Assembly (NCBI GenBank): GCA_963677895.2
Contig: CAXXGJ010000025.1
Location: 192,001-256,000, forward strand
Reading direction: 5' to 3'
From: Treponemataceae bacterium
GTDB taxonomy: Bacteria; Spirochaetota; Spirochaetia; Treponematales; Rectinemataceae
Length of the DNA: 64,000 nt
The position numbers and the translations under genes are program-made. Position 1 is the first letter of the stretch. Each line of letters begins with the position of its first letter. The notes below the pieces were generated by a model. That model saw only the letters and a program-made list of their open reading frames with translations, was not told the origin of the DNA and ran no database searches. Below, piece by piece: positions 19,985 through 28,970 of this stretch.

Positions 19985-20995
19985 CTAATTGTCCTTTCGA
20001 ATCGCATTTGCCCGGTTTCCCAGGATATATGCATAATCCCCCGGGTGAACCTTCGTCATAAGACCCCGCATATCTAGGAAGACCGTTTCCTCGCAGGGGG
20101 CGTGAATTTGCTCGATGACTTCCAAGGACAGAGGATTTCGGATCGTAGCCAACAAAGTCCCTTTTGGTACAATACGATTCAGGTATTCAGGACCGCACTC
20201 GGGGTAGAACATGCCGCCGTTCCTCGGCCTCAGCAGTGGTCTCTCTCTGAGCAACCACTGTGTTTTCGGCAGCTCCGGCTCACCGGGATACATCCCCATA
20301 TGCTTCATCGCATTGAAGACACCCCGAACGCTTCCGCCGACAATGTCGATTTTGAGTTCCATTCCGGCACCTACTTCAGCCACGATGGCTGGTTTACCCA
20401 GGCTTATCATGTAATCCGTGAGGGTGCCTGCGTAGGCTGCGGCCGGTCCGGCCGGTGCACCGCTATAGAGGTATTCCAAGCCATACGCGTAGCCCATATC
20501 GATCACTTTCTTCCCAATCTCGCCATCAGGGTTTTTCATCAACAAATAATTGATCGCTGTACCATATCCGCCGCCGTGCCAGTCGATGAGCGCATCTGCA
20601 TCATTGCAGAAAACGGACACAGCGGCGGCCATCTGATCCGTAAACCAGCCTTTGGGGCTGCCCGGAAAGGAGCGGTTCATATTGGCCATATCTATGGGGG
20701 TATTTCTGGAATCCCACTCAAAGCCAACCGGATTCTGGCAGGGCAGGGCAACGATGGTTCCTTTCAGCTTTTTCGGATCGGTCTTTTCAAGCACTTGCCG
20801 AATAGCCTCAAGACCGGTGATGGCATCTCCATGGCTCAACGCCGTGAGCATGAGCCGCGGCCCTTCCTGAGCGCCGTTAAGGATGTGAACCGGCAACACC
20901 ATTTCTAAGCCGCTTGCCATGGTTGTGACCGGGACAAACTTAAAAACACGTTCGCCTGAGTTAGCCTTAATTCCACGGATAGTAACAGCTGACAT
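19985..20995 (-). CDS. Succinylglutamate desuccinylase/aspartoacylase (AstE/AspA, M14-like) family protein
   Basis: GPRLMLTALSHGDA, MNRSFPG, LIDWHGG, VAEVG, C-terminal beta-sandwich domain. Confidence 0.88.
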   Translation of the reverse strand: MSAVTIRGIKANSGERVFKFVPVTTMASGLEMVLPVHILNGAQEGPRLMLTALSHGDAITGLEAIRQVLEKTDPKKLKGTIVALPCQNPVGFEWDSRNTPIDMANMNRSFPGSPKGWFTDQMAAAVSVFCNDADALIDWHGGGYGTAINYLLMKNPDGEIGKKVIDMGYAYGLEYLYSGAPAGPAAAYAGTLTDYMISLGKPAIVAEVGAGMELKIDIVGGSVRGVFNAMKHMGMYPGEPELPKTQWLLRERPLLRPRNGGMFYPECGPEYLNRIVPKGTLLATIRNPLSLEVIEQIHAPCEETVFLDMRGLMTKVHPGDYAYILGNRANAIRKDN

Positions 20996-21356
20996 CGTTA
21001 TTCTCTCCTTGCCAAATGACTATTAGAAAAAACAATGAAGTGATCGGCAATATTGAGCACAGTGTATCACCCGGAATTCCCCTGTCAAGTGCATTATTGA
21101 TAAATATTATAATTAATACTACGTATGTTTTTTAAAAGACACACTATATATTTTATATGTAATAATTTATTAATAAAATACCCCTGTCTACAAATTGAAA
21201 AATATAAACACATCATTGGATATTCTTATAAAATGACAAAAACAAACTTTTTCTGTAAAAAATAGAGACAGACTCATAAAATTATATTATAATATGATAA
21301 GACTGATTGATTGTCGCAATGGATTCGAAAACATCTCATATGGGCGGAAAGGCGTC
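20996..21356. promoter_or_regulatory. AT-rich divergent promoter region between LysR and the peptide operon
   Basis: Strongly AT-rich 360 bp between head-to-head genes; individual sites not resolved. Confidence 0.6.
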
Positions 21357-22298
21357 ATGAACTTCAAAGTCCTAAAATATGTGGTCACCGTAGCCGAGGA
21401 AAAAAGCTTCACCCGCGCAGCGAAGCGCCTAGCAATCTCCCAACCCTCATTGAGCCAGAACATTCAGGGGCTTGAGGTGGCTTTGGGAGTATCCTTATTC
21501 GATCGGAAATGCATGCCTTTGACCTTGACATATGCCGGCAAACTTTACGTCGAATGGGCAAAGCAGATATTGCTCTCGGAATCGCAGGTCGAACGCCGCA
21601 TCTCGACGATCTCGAAAGATCAATCACTCCGTCTCGTAGTCGGCATCGCGCCCCACAGAAGCCCTTTGATGCTTCCCAAGATTATCGGGAATCTCGCCGC
21701 GGAGTTTCCGGATTGTTCGATTGTTATTGAAGATGGCCTGATCGAAGAAGCGCTTTACGAAAAAGTGTACAATCATGAAATCGATTTACTGGTCGGCGAT
21801 ACGCAGCCAGATACGATCCGGTTTAAGAACATACCTGTGACCGAAGAAAGAATCCTTCTGGCCGTTCCATCGAGCTATAAAATCAATGGCTTTGATACCA
21901 TAAATGAAAAGGACAGTAATCCTCGAATCCATCTGGACCAACTGCGGGACTGGCCATTCATCACACTAGGGATAAAAACCTACTTGGGAGCAGCTCTGCG
22001 CAGGCTGTGCGAACAGGAGGAGTTCCTGCCGATCAACAAGATCGAATGCAACAGCGTTGCCACCGCCCATCTGCTCGTAAGCAGGGGAATTGGAATTACC
22101 ATCATCCCCGAACTGTTTATCCGGCTCAGCCCCCCCCTGCTCAACATCGACTATTTCATCATAGAGAGGAGCGACCCGCATCGGACTATGTCCATCATCT
22201 ATCGCAACGGAGATGATCTGATGAATCCGGCAAAGAGATTTATCGAGCTGTTCATGGAAATGTACCATAAAAAGAGCCCTGAGAGACCAATCTCCTAA
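21357..22298 (+). CDS. LysR-family transcriptional regulator
   Basis: SFTRAAKRLAISQPSLSQNIQGLE..LFDR..LTYAG; start placed at MNFKVLKY. Confidence 0.95.
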   Translation: MNFKVLKYVVTVAEEKSFTRAAKRLAISQPSLSQNIQGLEVALGVSLFDRKCMPLTLTYAGKLYVEWAKQILLSESQVERRISTISKDQSLRLVVGIAPHRSPLMLPKIIGNLAAEFPDCSIVIEDGLIEEALYEKVYNHEIDLLVGDTQPDTIRFKNIPVTEERILLAVPSSYKINGFDTINEKDSNPRIHLDQLRDWPFITLGIKTYLGAALRRLCEQEEFLPINKIECNSVATAHLLVSRGIGITIIPELFIRLSPPLLNIDYFIIERSDPHRTMSIIYRNGDDLMNPAKRFIELFMEMYHKKSPERPIS

Positions 22299-22564
22299 GC
22301 TGGCGTTCTACAGCATAAGCCGGATAAGAAGAACCTCCACTTCTTAAAGATATTTTTCTTCGTAAACCTAAAATTCTTTTGATCTGCAACGCGTTTATTG
22401 GCGCGATTCTTGTATCATCTTGATTGGCCTCCTTGCTTCGTTCATAAATAGCTCAACCGCAAGAATCATGATAGAGTGTTGCCAAGTCGGAGCTGTTGTT
22501 ATACATCCCATTTATTTTATGGAAGCTTTATTAGTCTTCAATTATTCTTCAAGTGTCTGAGAAA

Positions 22565-24481
22565 TTAATCCAGTTCGCTCACCCCCATACAAAGTTCGTA
22601 GTACCGTCCCTTCTTCTCGATAAGGGATTCGTGGCTGCCGAGCTCGATTATCTCGCCGCGCTCGAGGACGGCTATCGCATCGGCCCTGCGGACCGTGGAG
22701 AGGCGATGGGCGATGACGAAAGCTGTCCGGCCCTCAAAGAGGGCATCCATGCCTCTCGCTATGAGGTGTTCGGTGCGTGTGTCTATGGAACTCGTCGCCT
22801 CGTCCAGGATGAGGACAGGCGGCGATGCCACATAGTCGCGCGCTATAGAGAGAAGCTGGCGCTGGCCCTGCGAGAGGTTGGCACCGTCTCCGCTGATCAC
22901 CGTTTCGTAACCCTCGGGCAGGCGCTCGATAAAAGAGTCGGCGCTCGCCGCACGGGCCGCGGTCACGCACTCCTCGTCTGTGGCATCGAGCCGGCCGTAA
23001 CGGATATTCTCCATGACGCTGCCGGTGAACAGATGGGTGTCCTGCAAGACCATGCCGAGAGAATGACGCAGGTCATCCTTCCGTATCCTGCGGACATCTA
23101 TATCGTCATACGTTATGCGACCCGAGTCCACGTCGTAGAAGCGGTTGAGGAGATTGGTGATCGTCGTCTTGCCCGCGCCCGTCGATCCCACGAAAGCGAT
23201 GGTCTGGCCGGGGAGAGCGTGGAGACTGAGGTTTTTCAACACGGTTTTCTTTCCGTCATACGAGAAGCACACGTTCTCGAATCGCACATCGCCTCTGAGT
23301 GGAACGAGCTCGGTCTCCCCGTTTTTGCCGCCGTCAATCGGAACGCACCACGTCCAGAGTTTTGCCTTCTCGTCCTTTTCGATGGGCACTAGATCGCCCA
23401 CCTCGTTCTTCTTTACTGCAAGAAGGGTGACGTCGCCCTCGTCGATTTCAGGTTCGCGGTCCATGACGTCGAAGATGCGTTCCGCGCCCGCAACCGCCGC
23501 GAGGATGTTATTGATCTGGCTCGTGATTTGGTTGATCGGCATGCCGACTTGACGCGAGTACTGGAGGAAGGCCGCCAAGGATCCGATATCGAAACGCCCC
23601 GCGATAGTGAGCATGCCACCGAAGACGGCCGTGCCTGCGTAGACGATGTTGTTGAGGTTGCCCATGATCGGCATGATGACTCCGGCATAGAAATTAGCCT
23701 TCGTCACCGCGACCTTGAAATTCTCGCTGATTTCGTCGAAGTCCTTCTTCATCGCCTCCTCGTGGTTGAAGACCTTGACCTCCTTCAGTCCGCCTATCGC
23801 CTCTTCTATGTTCCCGTTGAGCCGGCCGAGGAGTGCCTGCTGCTTTTGGAAATAGGTGCGGCTCTTGCCCCCGATCCTTGTACTCATGAATATCATGAGC
23901 ACGAGGACGAGGGCGGTAAACGCGAAGAGGAGGGGAGAAAGAATGACCATCATCACGATGGAACCCACGAAGGTGAGAACGCTCGACACGAGTTGGGTAA
24001 GACTTTGCTCGAGCATGAGCTGTACATTGTCCACGTCGTTCGTATAGCGACTCATGAGTTCGCCGTGAGTATTCGTATCAAAGAACTTGAGCGGCAAGGC
24101 CTGCATTTTGCCGAATAATTCCCCGCGAATGATGTTCGTCGTGCGTTGCGCGAGGCGTATCGTGAGTCTCGACTGCAGGTAGGAGGCCGCGACTCCGACC
24201 AGATAGATGCATCCAAGCCCCAAAAGGGCGCCCGCGAGTCCCGCGAAGTCGCCGGGGATGATGTACTGGTTGATGAGCGGCTTCAAAAAATAAGAACCCG
24301 CGAGCATCGAAGCCGAGCTCAGGAAAAGCAGTACGAGAACGAGAGCTACGAGGACCTTGCTCTTGTCGAGATACTTGAGGAGACGGCTAAGGCTTGCCAT
24401 AAAGCTCTTGGGCCGCTCGTAGCTGCGCGGGCCTGCGCCGGGTCCCCGGGACGCGGGCGATGCTTGTTTGTTTTCCGCCAT
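22565..24481 (-). CDS. Heterodimeric ABC exporter subunit (TM288-like, consensus Walker B)
   Basis: 6-TM domain plus NBD GSTGAGKTT, LSQGQ, ILDEATSSID, IAHR. Confidence 0.93.
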   Translation of the reverse strand: MAENKQASPASRGPGAGPRSYERPKSFMASLSRLLKYLDKSKVLVALVLVLLFLSSASMLAGSYFLKPLINQYIIPGDFAGLAGALLGLGCIYLVGVAASYLQSRLTIRLAQRTTNIIRGELFGKMQALPLKFFDTNTHGELMSRYTNDVDNVQLMLEQSLTQLVSSVLTFVGSIVMMVILSPLLFAFTALVLVLMIFMSTRIGGKSRTYFQKQQALLGRLNGNIEEAIGGLKEVKVFNHEEAMKKDFDEISENFKVAVTKANFYAGVIMPIMGNLNNIVYAGTAVFGGMLTIAGRFDIGSLAAFLQYSRQVGMPINQITSQINNILAAVAGAERIFDVMDREPEIDEGDVTLLAVKKNEVGDLVPIEKDEKAKLWTWCVPIDGGKNGETELVPLRGDVRFENVCFSYDGKKTVLKNLSLHALPGQTIAFVGSTGAGKTTITNLLNRFYDVDSGRITYDDIDVRRIRKDDLRHSLGMVLQDTHLFTGSVMENIRYGRLDATDEECVTAARAASADSFIERLPEGYETVISGDGANLSQGQRQLLSIARDYVASPPVLILDEATSSIDTRTEHLIARGMDALFEGRTAFVIAHRLSTVRRADAIAVLERGEIIELGSHESLIEKKGRYYELCMGVSELD

Positions 24482-26226
24482 TATGCTGAAAGTCCTTCCT
24501 GCTGTGATAAGCAGATCTCACGATAGATTGCGTTGTTCGAAAGAAGATCCTCGTGCGTCCCAACGCCTACTATCTTGCCATCGTCGAGTACGATGATTTT
24601 GTCTGCGTCCCGCACAGAGCTGATGCGTTGGGCGATCATGAGGATCGTCGTGCCTTTGAGCCCCTGCGTGAAGGCCGCCCTGATTTTTGTCTCGGTCGCT
24701 GTGTCCACCGCGCTCGTAGAATCATCGAGAATGAGAATGGCTGGTTTTTTGAGCATGGCCCTCGCGATGCAGAGACGCTGCTTTTGGCCGCCCGAGATGT
24801 TGACACCTCCCTGGCCGAGTTCTGTCGCATAGCCTTCAGGGAAGCTTCGAACGAAGTCATCCGCTTGGGCGTTCCGCGCCGCCTCGGCGACCTTTTCCTC
24901 GCTCGCATTTTTATCACCCCAAAGGAGATTCTCCCTGATGCTGCCAGAAAAGAGGACATTCTTTTGGAGGACCACACCGACGCCGGAGCGCAGATTCTCT
25001 ATCCGGTAGTCGCGCACATCGACGTCGTCGACGAGAACCTGTCCAGCCGTCACGTCATAGAGACGTGGAATGAGACTCACGAGGCTGGTTTTGCCGGAGC
25101 CCGTGCCTCCCACAATGGCGACAAACTCCCCGGGCTCGATGGTGAGATTTATGCGCGACAACACGTTATGCGCCTTTGCCTCGGCACCGTATTTGAAATC
25201 AACGTCTCTGAATTCGATGCGTCCCTTGCGCACCAGGCCCCCCCCTTCCCCGCTCGGGGGAAGGGCCCTGTCGCTGATGTCTATCCTGGTATCGAGCACC
25301 TCGACGATGCGTTTCCCGCAAGCCTCAGCTCGGGCAAAAAGGATGAAAACCATGGAAAACATCATGACGCTGAACAGTATTTCCATAAGATAGCTGATGA
25401 AGCTGATGAGAGCGCCAGTCCCCATGCCGCCTGCGTGGACCATCCTGCCGCCAGCCCAGATCACGGCGATCATTGCTCCGTTCATCACGAATATCATGAG
25501 AGGCATCATCATGCTGATGAGATTGCCGGCGTTTATGGCGGATTGGGTGAGTTCGTCGTTGGATTTTTTGAACTTGATCTTTTCGTGAGCCTCGCGGACG
25601 AAGGCCTTGACCACGCGGATGGCGACGAGGTTTTCCTGCACCGTCCCGTTGAGAGCGTCGATCTTCCGCTGCATGGCGGAGAAGAGACGTTCCGCCGTCC
25701 GAAGCACGAGGATGATGCCGATGACGAGAAGGGGGATGGCCACGACAATGACGAGGGAGAGCCTCGCATTGATGCTCACGGCGAAAATGATGGCCGCGAT
25801 AAGCATCAAGGGCGCCCTAAGGAGCATCCTGAGACACATGAGCAGCGTGTTCTGCAGTTGCGTCACGTCGCTTGTGAGCCGTGTCACGAGGGAGGGCGCG
25901 CTGAAACGGTCGATGTTGGAGAAGGAAAAAGCTTGGATCTTGTCGAAAAGGGCCTTCCTCAGGTTAGCCGCAAACCCCTGGCTCGCCTCCGCCGAAAATT
26001 TCGCATTGAGCACTCCGATCGCAATACAGAGGAGAGCTAGGGCGACCATTCCCATCCCTATCCTGCTGATGTAGGAAATATCCTTCGTCGCGACTCCTAC
26101 ATCCACGATCTTGGCCATTAGCATGGGCATGAGCATGGTGCAGGTGACGTCGCCCATCATGAGGCCGACACAGACCAGGATGTGCTTCTTGTACTTCCCA
26201 AGATGTGCATAAAGCGTTCGTATCAC
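24481..26226 (-). CDS. Heterodimeric ABC exporter subunit (TM287-like, degenerate site)
   Basis: 6-TM domain plus NBD GGTGSGKT, ISGGQ, ILDDSTSAVD (E>D), IAQR (H>Q). Confidence 0.93.
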   Translation of the reverse strand: MIRTLYAHLGKYKKHILVCVGLMMGDVTCTMLMPMLMAKIVDVGVATKDISYISRIGMGMVALALLCIAIGVLNAKFSAEASQGFAANLRKALFDKIQAFSFSNIDRFSAPSLVTRLTSDVTQLQNTLLMCLRMLLRAPLMLIAAIIFAVSINARLSLVIVVAIPLLVIGIILVLRTAERLFSAMQRKIDALNGTVQENLVAIRVVKAFVREAHEKIKFKKSNDELTQSAINAGNLISMMMPLMIFVMNGAMIAVIWAGGRMVHAGGMGTGALISFISYLMEILFSVMMFSMVFILFARAEACGKRIVEVLDTRIDISDRALPPSGEGGGLVRKGRIEFRDVDFKYGAEAKAHNVLSRINLTIEPGEFVAIVGGTGSGKTSLVSLIPRLYDVTAGQVLVDDVDVRDYRIENLRSGVGVVLQKNVLFSGSIRENLLWGDKNASEEKVAEAARNAQADDFVRSFPEGYATELGQGGVNISGGQKQRLCIARAMLKKPAILILDDSTSAVDTATETKIRAAFTQGLKGTTILMIAQRISSVRDADKIIVLDDGKIVGVGTHEDLLSNNAIYREICLSQQEGLSA

Positions 26227-26329
26227 AGTTTTTCATTCTCCTTCAGATCATTCGGAAACTGGGCGCCCATGGCCATTTGAGGAAATCTCATTAGCTTGGT
26301 AGCGTCGTCACTCGCGCAGGGGGCTTCAG

Positions 26330-27616
26330 CTACCGCTCCCTATCGTAATAGTGAGCCAAGTTCAGTTTTTGGATAAGAATGTCGTATTCGATCTTCTGAG
26401 CGTCTATTTTCTCTATGGAAAGATCGATCCGCGTTATCACGAGATCTTCCTCACTGGCGTATCCTCCATTGTAGAGCCGCTCTGTGATTGTCATATCCTC
26501 TTCCGCGTCGGCTATGTCGAGTTCCTTGATTTTTCTGTCCAATTCAAGCGATTTGAGGGTATCCTTGACTATTCTAATGCCATCCGTGAGTTCATCCCGG
26601 GCATCCTCGAGTTTGATCTTATAAATTGTTGGATACTCCTCTCGCTTTAACGCGTCCAAGGAGTTTTGGCCCTTGTTGAGGGCATCATAGGACAGCTTGA
26701 AGGACAGTCCCCAACCGACCTCATTCTTTTCCGTGTCGTAGTTCACGGAAGCGGTAATGCTGGGGTTCGGCAGATAGGGGAAGAGCGAAAAAGCCTTTCT
26801 CTTCTCCGCCGCGGCGAGGGAAAGCTCAAGAGCGCGTATCGTCAAGGTACTTTTAGGATCTTTCCCCTCGATTGCCGCAATCCATTCGGCTTGAAGCCGA
26901 AGGACATCCTCATAGAGGGCATCGGCGTTCTTTTTGATATCGTCATCCAGATTGTCTAAGGCGCTGGAAGCGGCGAGTATGGATTTTTGCGCTTCAAAAA
27001 GGCGCCTGTCCAACTCGCGGAGCAACGTTGTATCTATGGTCGCCTTTCTCACCTTTTCGAGGACCTGGAGATTTTCTTTGTTCGCCTCGAGGAGGCGCCG
27101 ATAATAAATCGCGTTGAGGATATCCGTAGCGAGCGCCGTGCGCACGGTATCCTCCGAGCTTTTTATCGCGGCACGCGCCGTCATGACGTTCGCCTCCGCC
27201 TCCATGCGATCCGCGCCCGTTTCCACGAAAAGCTTGCGGGTTAAGCTCAAGCTGGGACTCCCCAGGCTGATCTCGCCGGAAGTGGAGGCTTCCAAGGGTA
27301 CCTTAAGCGACAGATCGGCTCCGAAAAGGTTTTCCAGGGTCACGGAAGGGATCAGACTCCCCGCGATAAATCCATCGCTGCCGATACCCAGAAATTCGTC
27401 AGTATACGATGTGCCAGTACTTGTGGCGATGGATACGGCAGGAATATAAGGCTTCGTATAGTTATTTAAGGCGACCTCGGCGGATTTGAGATCGAGTCTC
27501 GACTCGAGGTAGGCCGCGGAAGCGTTCAAACGGGCCTTATAGATGTCGTCCCAGCCTTCCGCGGCTGCCGCCCAGGCGCTCAGGGCGAGAATAAGCACTA
27601 GGTAAAATCGTCGCAT
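26330..27616 (-). CDS. TolC-like outer-membrane efflux protein
   Basis: Signal peptide, twofold helix/beta repeat, RLYNGGYASEEDL; located in an efflux operon. Confidence 0.65.
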   Translation of the reverse strand: MRRFYLVLILALSAWAAAAEGWDDIYKARLNASAAYLESRLDLKSAEVALNNYTKPYIPAVSIATSTGTSYTDEFLGIGSDGFIAGSLIPSVTLENLFGADLSLKVPLEASTSGEISLGSPSLSLTRKLFVETGADRMEAEANVMTARAAIKSSEDTVRTALATDILNAIYYRRLLEANKENLQVLEKVRKATIDTTLLRELDRRLFEAQKSILAASSALDNLDDDIKKNADALYEDVLRLQAEWIAAIEGKDPKSTLTIRALELSLAAAEKRKAFSLFPYLPNPSITASVNYDTEKNEVGWGLSFKLSYDALNKGQNSLDALKREEYPTIYKIKLEDARDELTDGIRIVKDTLKSLELDRKIKELDIADAEEDMTITERLYNGGYASEEDLVITRIDLSIEKIDAQKIEYDILIQKLNLAHYYDRER

Positions 27617-27618
27617 AG

Positions 27619-28632
27619 TTAAATTCCTAAAGGGTTTTCTCCCATTGCGCTCAGGTAGGAGCCGATCGACTTAATGTAGCTCTTTTGAGAGGCGAGCAGG
27701 TTCACCCGGGCGGTGAGAACGGCGATCGCCTTTACGTTCTTATCACTCAGGGAGATCATTCCACTCTCGTATTGCCGCAAAGCATCCTGGTACGCGAGTT
27801 CCTCAAGGGAATATTCATCCGCCCTTATCTGAAGGAGGGTGGCCTGATTCTTGAGGGTGGAAAGGGAGCTTTCGTAAGCCCTTCTGGCATCGCTTTCCGC
27901 GTTCGATGCGGAAACTTTCGCTTTTTGGTTTTCCGTCTCTTGGATCCGTCTGTCGTAGACCGAAGTGTTTGTCGCGAGGGAGGCTGTCTTGAGCCCCTGG
28001 ATCTTTTGCGAAAGGAGAGCCATCTCATGCGTGAGATCCTTCGCGATCCAATCCTCCACTTTCGCGTTCGCCTCGAAGGAAGGTGTTTCCGGGATAAGGC
28101 TTGAGTTCCATTCCAATCCGGTGACGAGCCGGACGTTATCTTTGGCATCCTTCAAGGTCCAGGCGGACAATTCCTGATCGGTCGATGTCGTCTTGTAGGT
28201 GATATCGATCTCCTTGAAGATATCTTCGGAAATGAGGCCGTTCTTATACCGGGATTCGGCATACTTTTTATCTTCTTCAGCGTTCTGGAGGCTGAACCCG
28301 ATCGATTCGATGTCGAGTTCGGCGGTCGCCGCGGCGAACACCGCGTCGATCACCTCATTGTAGAAGCTCAGGACCGAGTTCCTATAGCCTGCCAAGGCCG
28401 AAACATAGGAGTACTGCGCGTTAACCCGATCCAGCTCGACCTTTGCCTCAATCTCACCCTTATTCTTCTTGAGCTGGGCAAGTTCGAGATCGATCTTGTA
28501 AATGGAATAATCCTGATTCGACTGGGTAGCTGCCGCGAACAGATCCTTGAGCGATTCCGCGGCTAAGGGGGAGGCGAAAGAGATCAACAAAAGCGCGAAC
28601 AGCGATCGAAAAAAAATGCTTCTAGATTTCAT
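27619..28632 (-). CDS. Short TolC-like outer-membrane efflux protein
   Basis: Signal peptide; repeated OEP-type motifs SRYKNGLISE and RQYESGMISL. Confidence 0.7.
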   Translation of the reverse strand: MKSRSIFFRSLFALLLISFASPLAAESLKDLFAAATQSNQDYSIYKIDLELAQLKKNKGEIEAKVELDRVNAQYSYVSALAGYRNSVLSFYNEVIDAVFAAATAELDIESIGFSLQNAEEDKKYAESRYKNGLISEDIFKEIDITYKTTSTDQELSAWTLKDAKDNVRLVTGLEWNSSLIPETPSFEANAKVEDWIAKDLTHEMALLSQKIQGLKTASLATNTSVYDRRIQETENQKAKVSASNAESDARRAYESSLSTLKNQATLLQIRADEYSLEELAYQDALRQYESGMISLSDKNVKAIAVLTARVNLLASQKSYIKSIGSYLSAMGENPLGI

Positions 28633-28670
28633 GTTTTACTCCTTGCATGATAATGAAAAGCGATAGAAAA

Positions 28671-28970
28671 CTATCGCTCCCCGACGAAAGCGTCCGCTTC
28701 ATACTGGAAAACCTTTATGCCCTCCTTAGGAAAGGCTTTCTTGACTTCGCTCACAGCCTCATCGATCAGGAAAGCTTCATGTTTGTTTCCAAAGAGGATA
28801 TAGAGGATGTTCAACTCCGGCCAAATCGCGGTGCCATGGCGAACGCCGCTCCTTCCCCTTCCTTTCACATCCTCGACGAGGGAATAGCTGAAACCCGGAA
28901 TCCGCTTTTCTATCTCCTCGAAGATATCTTCCTCCACGGATCTGTTCGCGTAGATTTCAGTTCGTATCAT
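28671..28970 (-). CDS. PG0541-family transporter-associated small protein
   Basis: ANRSVEEDI, VKGRGRSGVRHGTAIWPELN, FPKEGIK; directly after the RND gene. Confidence 0.75.
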   Translation of the reverse strand: MIRTEIYANRSVEEDIFEEIEKRIPGFSYSLVEDVKGRGRSGVRHGTAIWPELNILYILFGNKHEAFLIDEAVSEVKKAFPKEGIKVFQYEADAFVGER

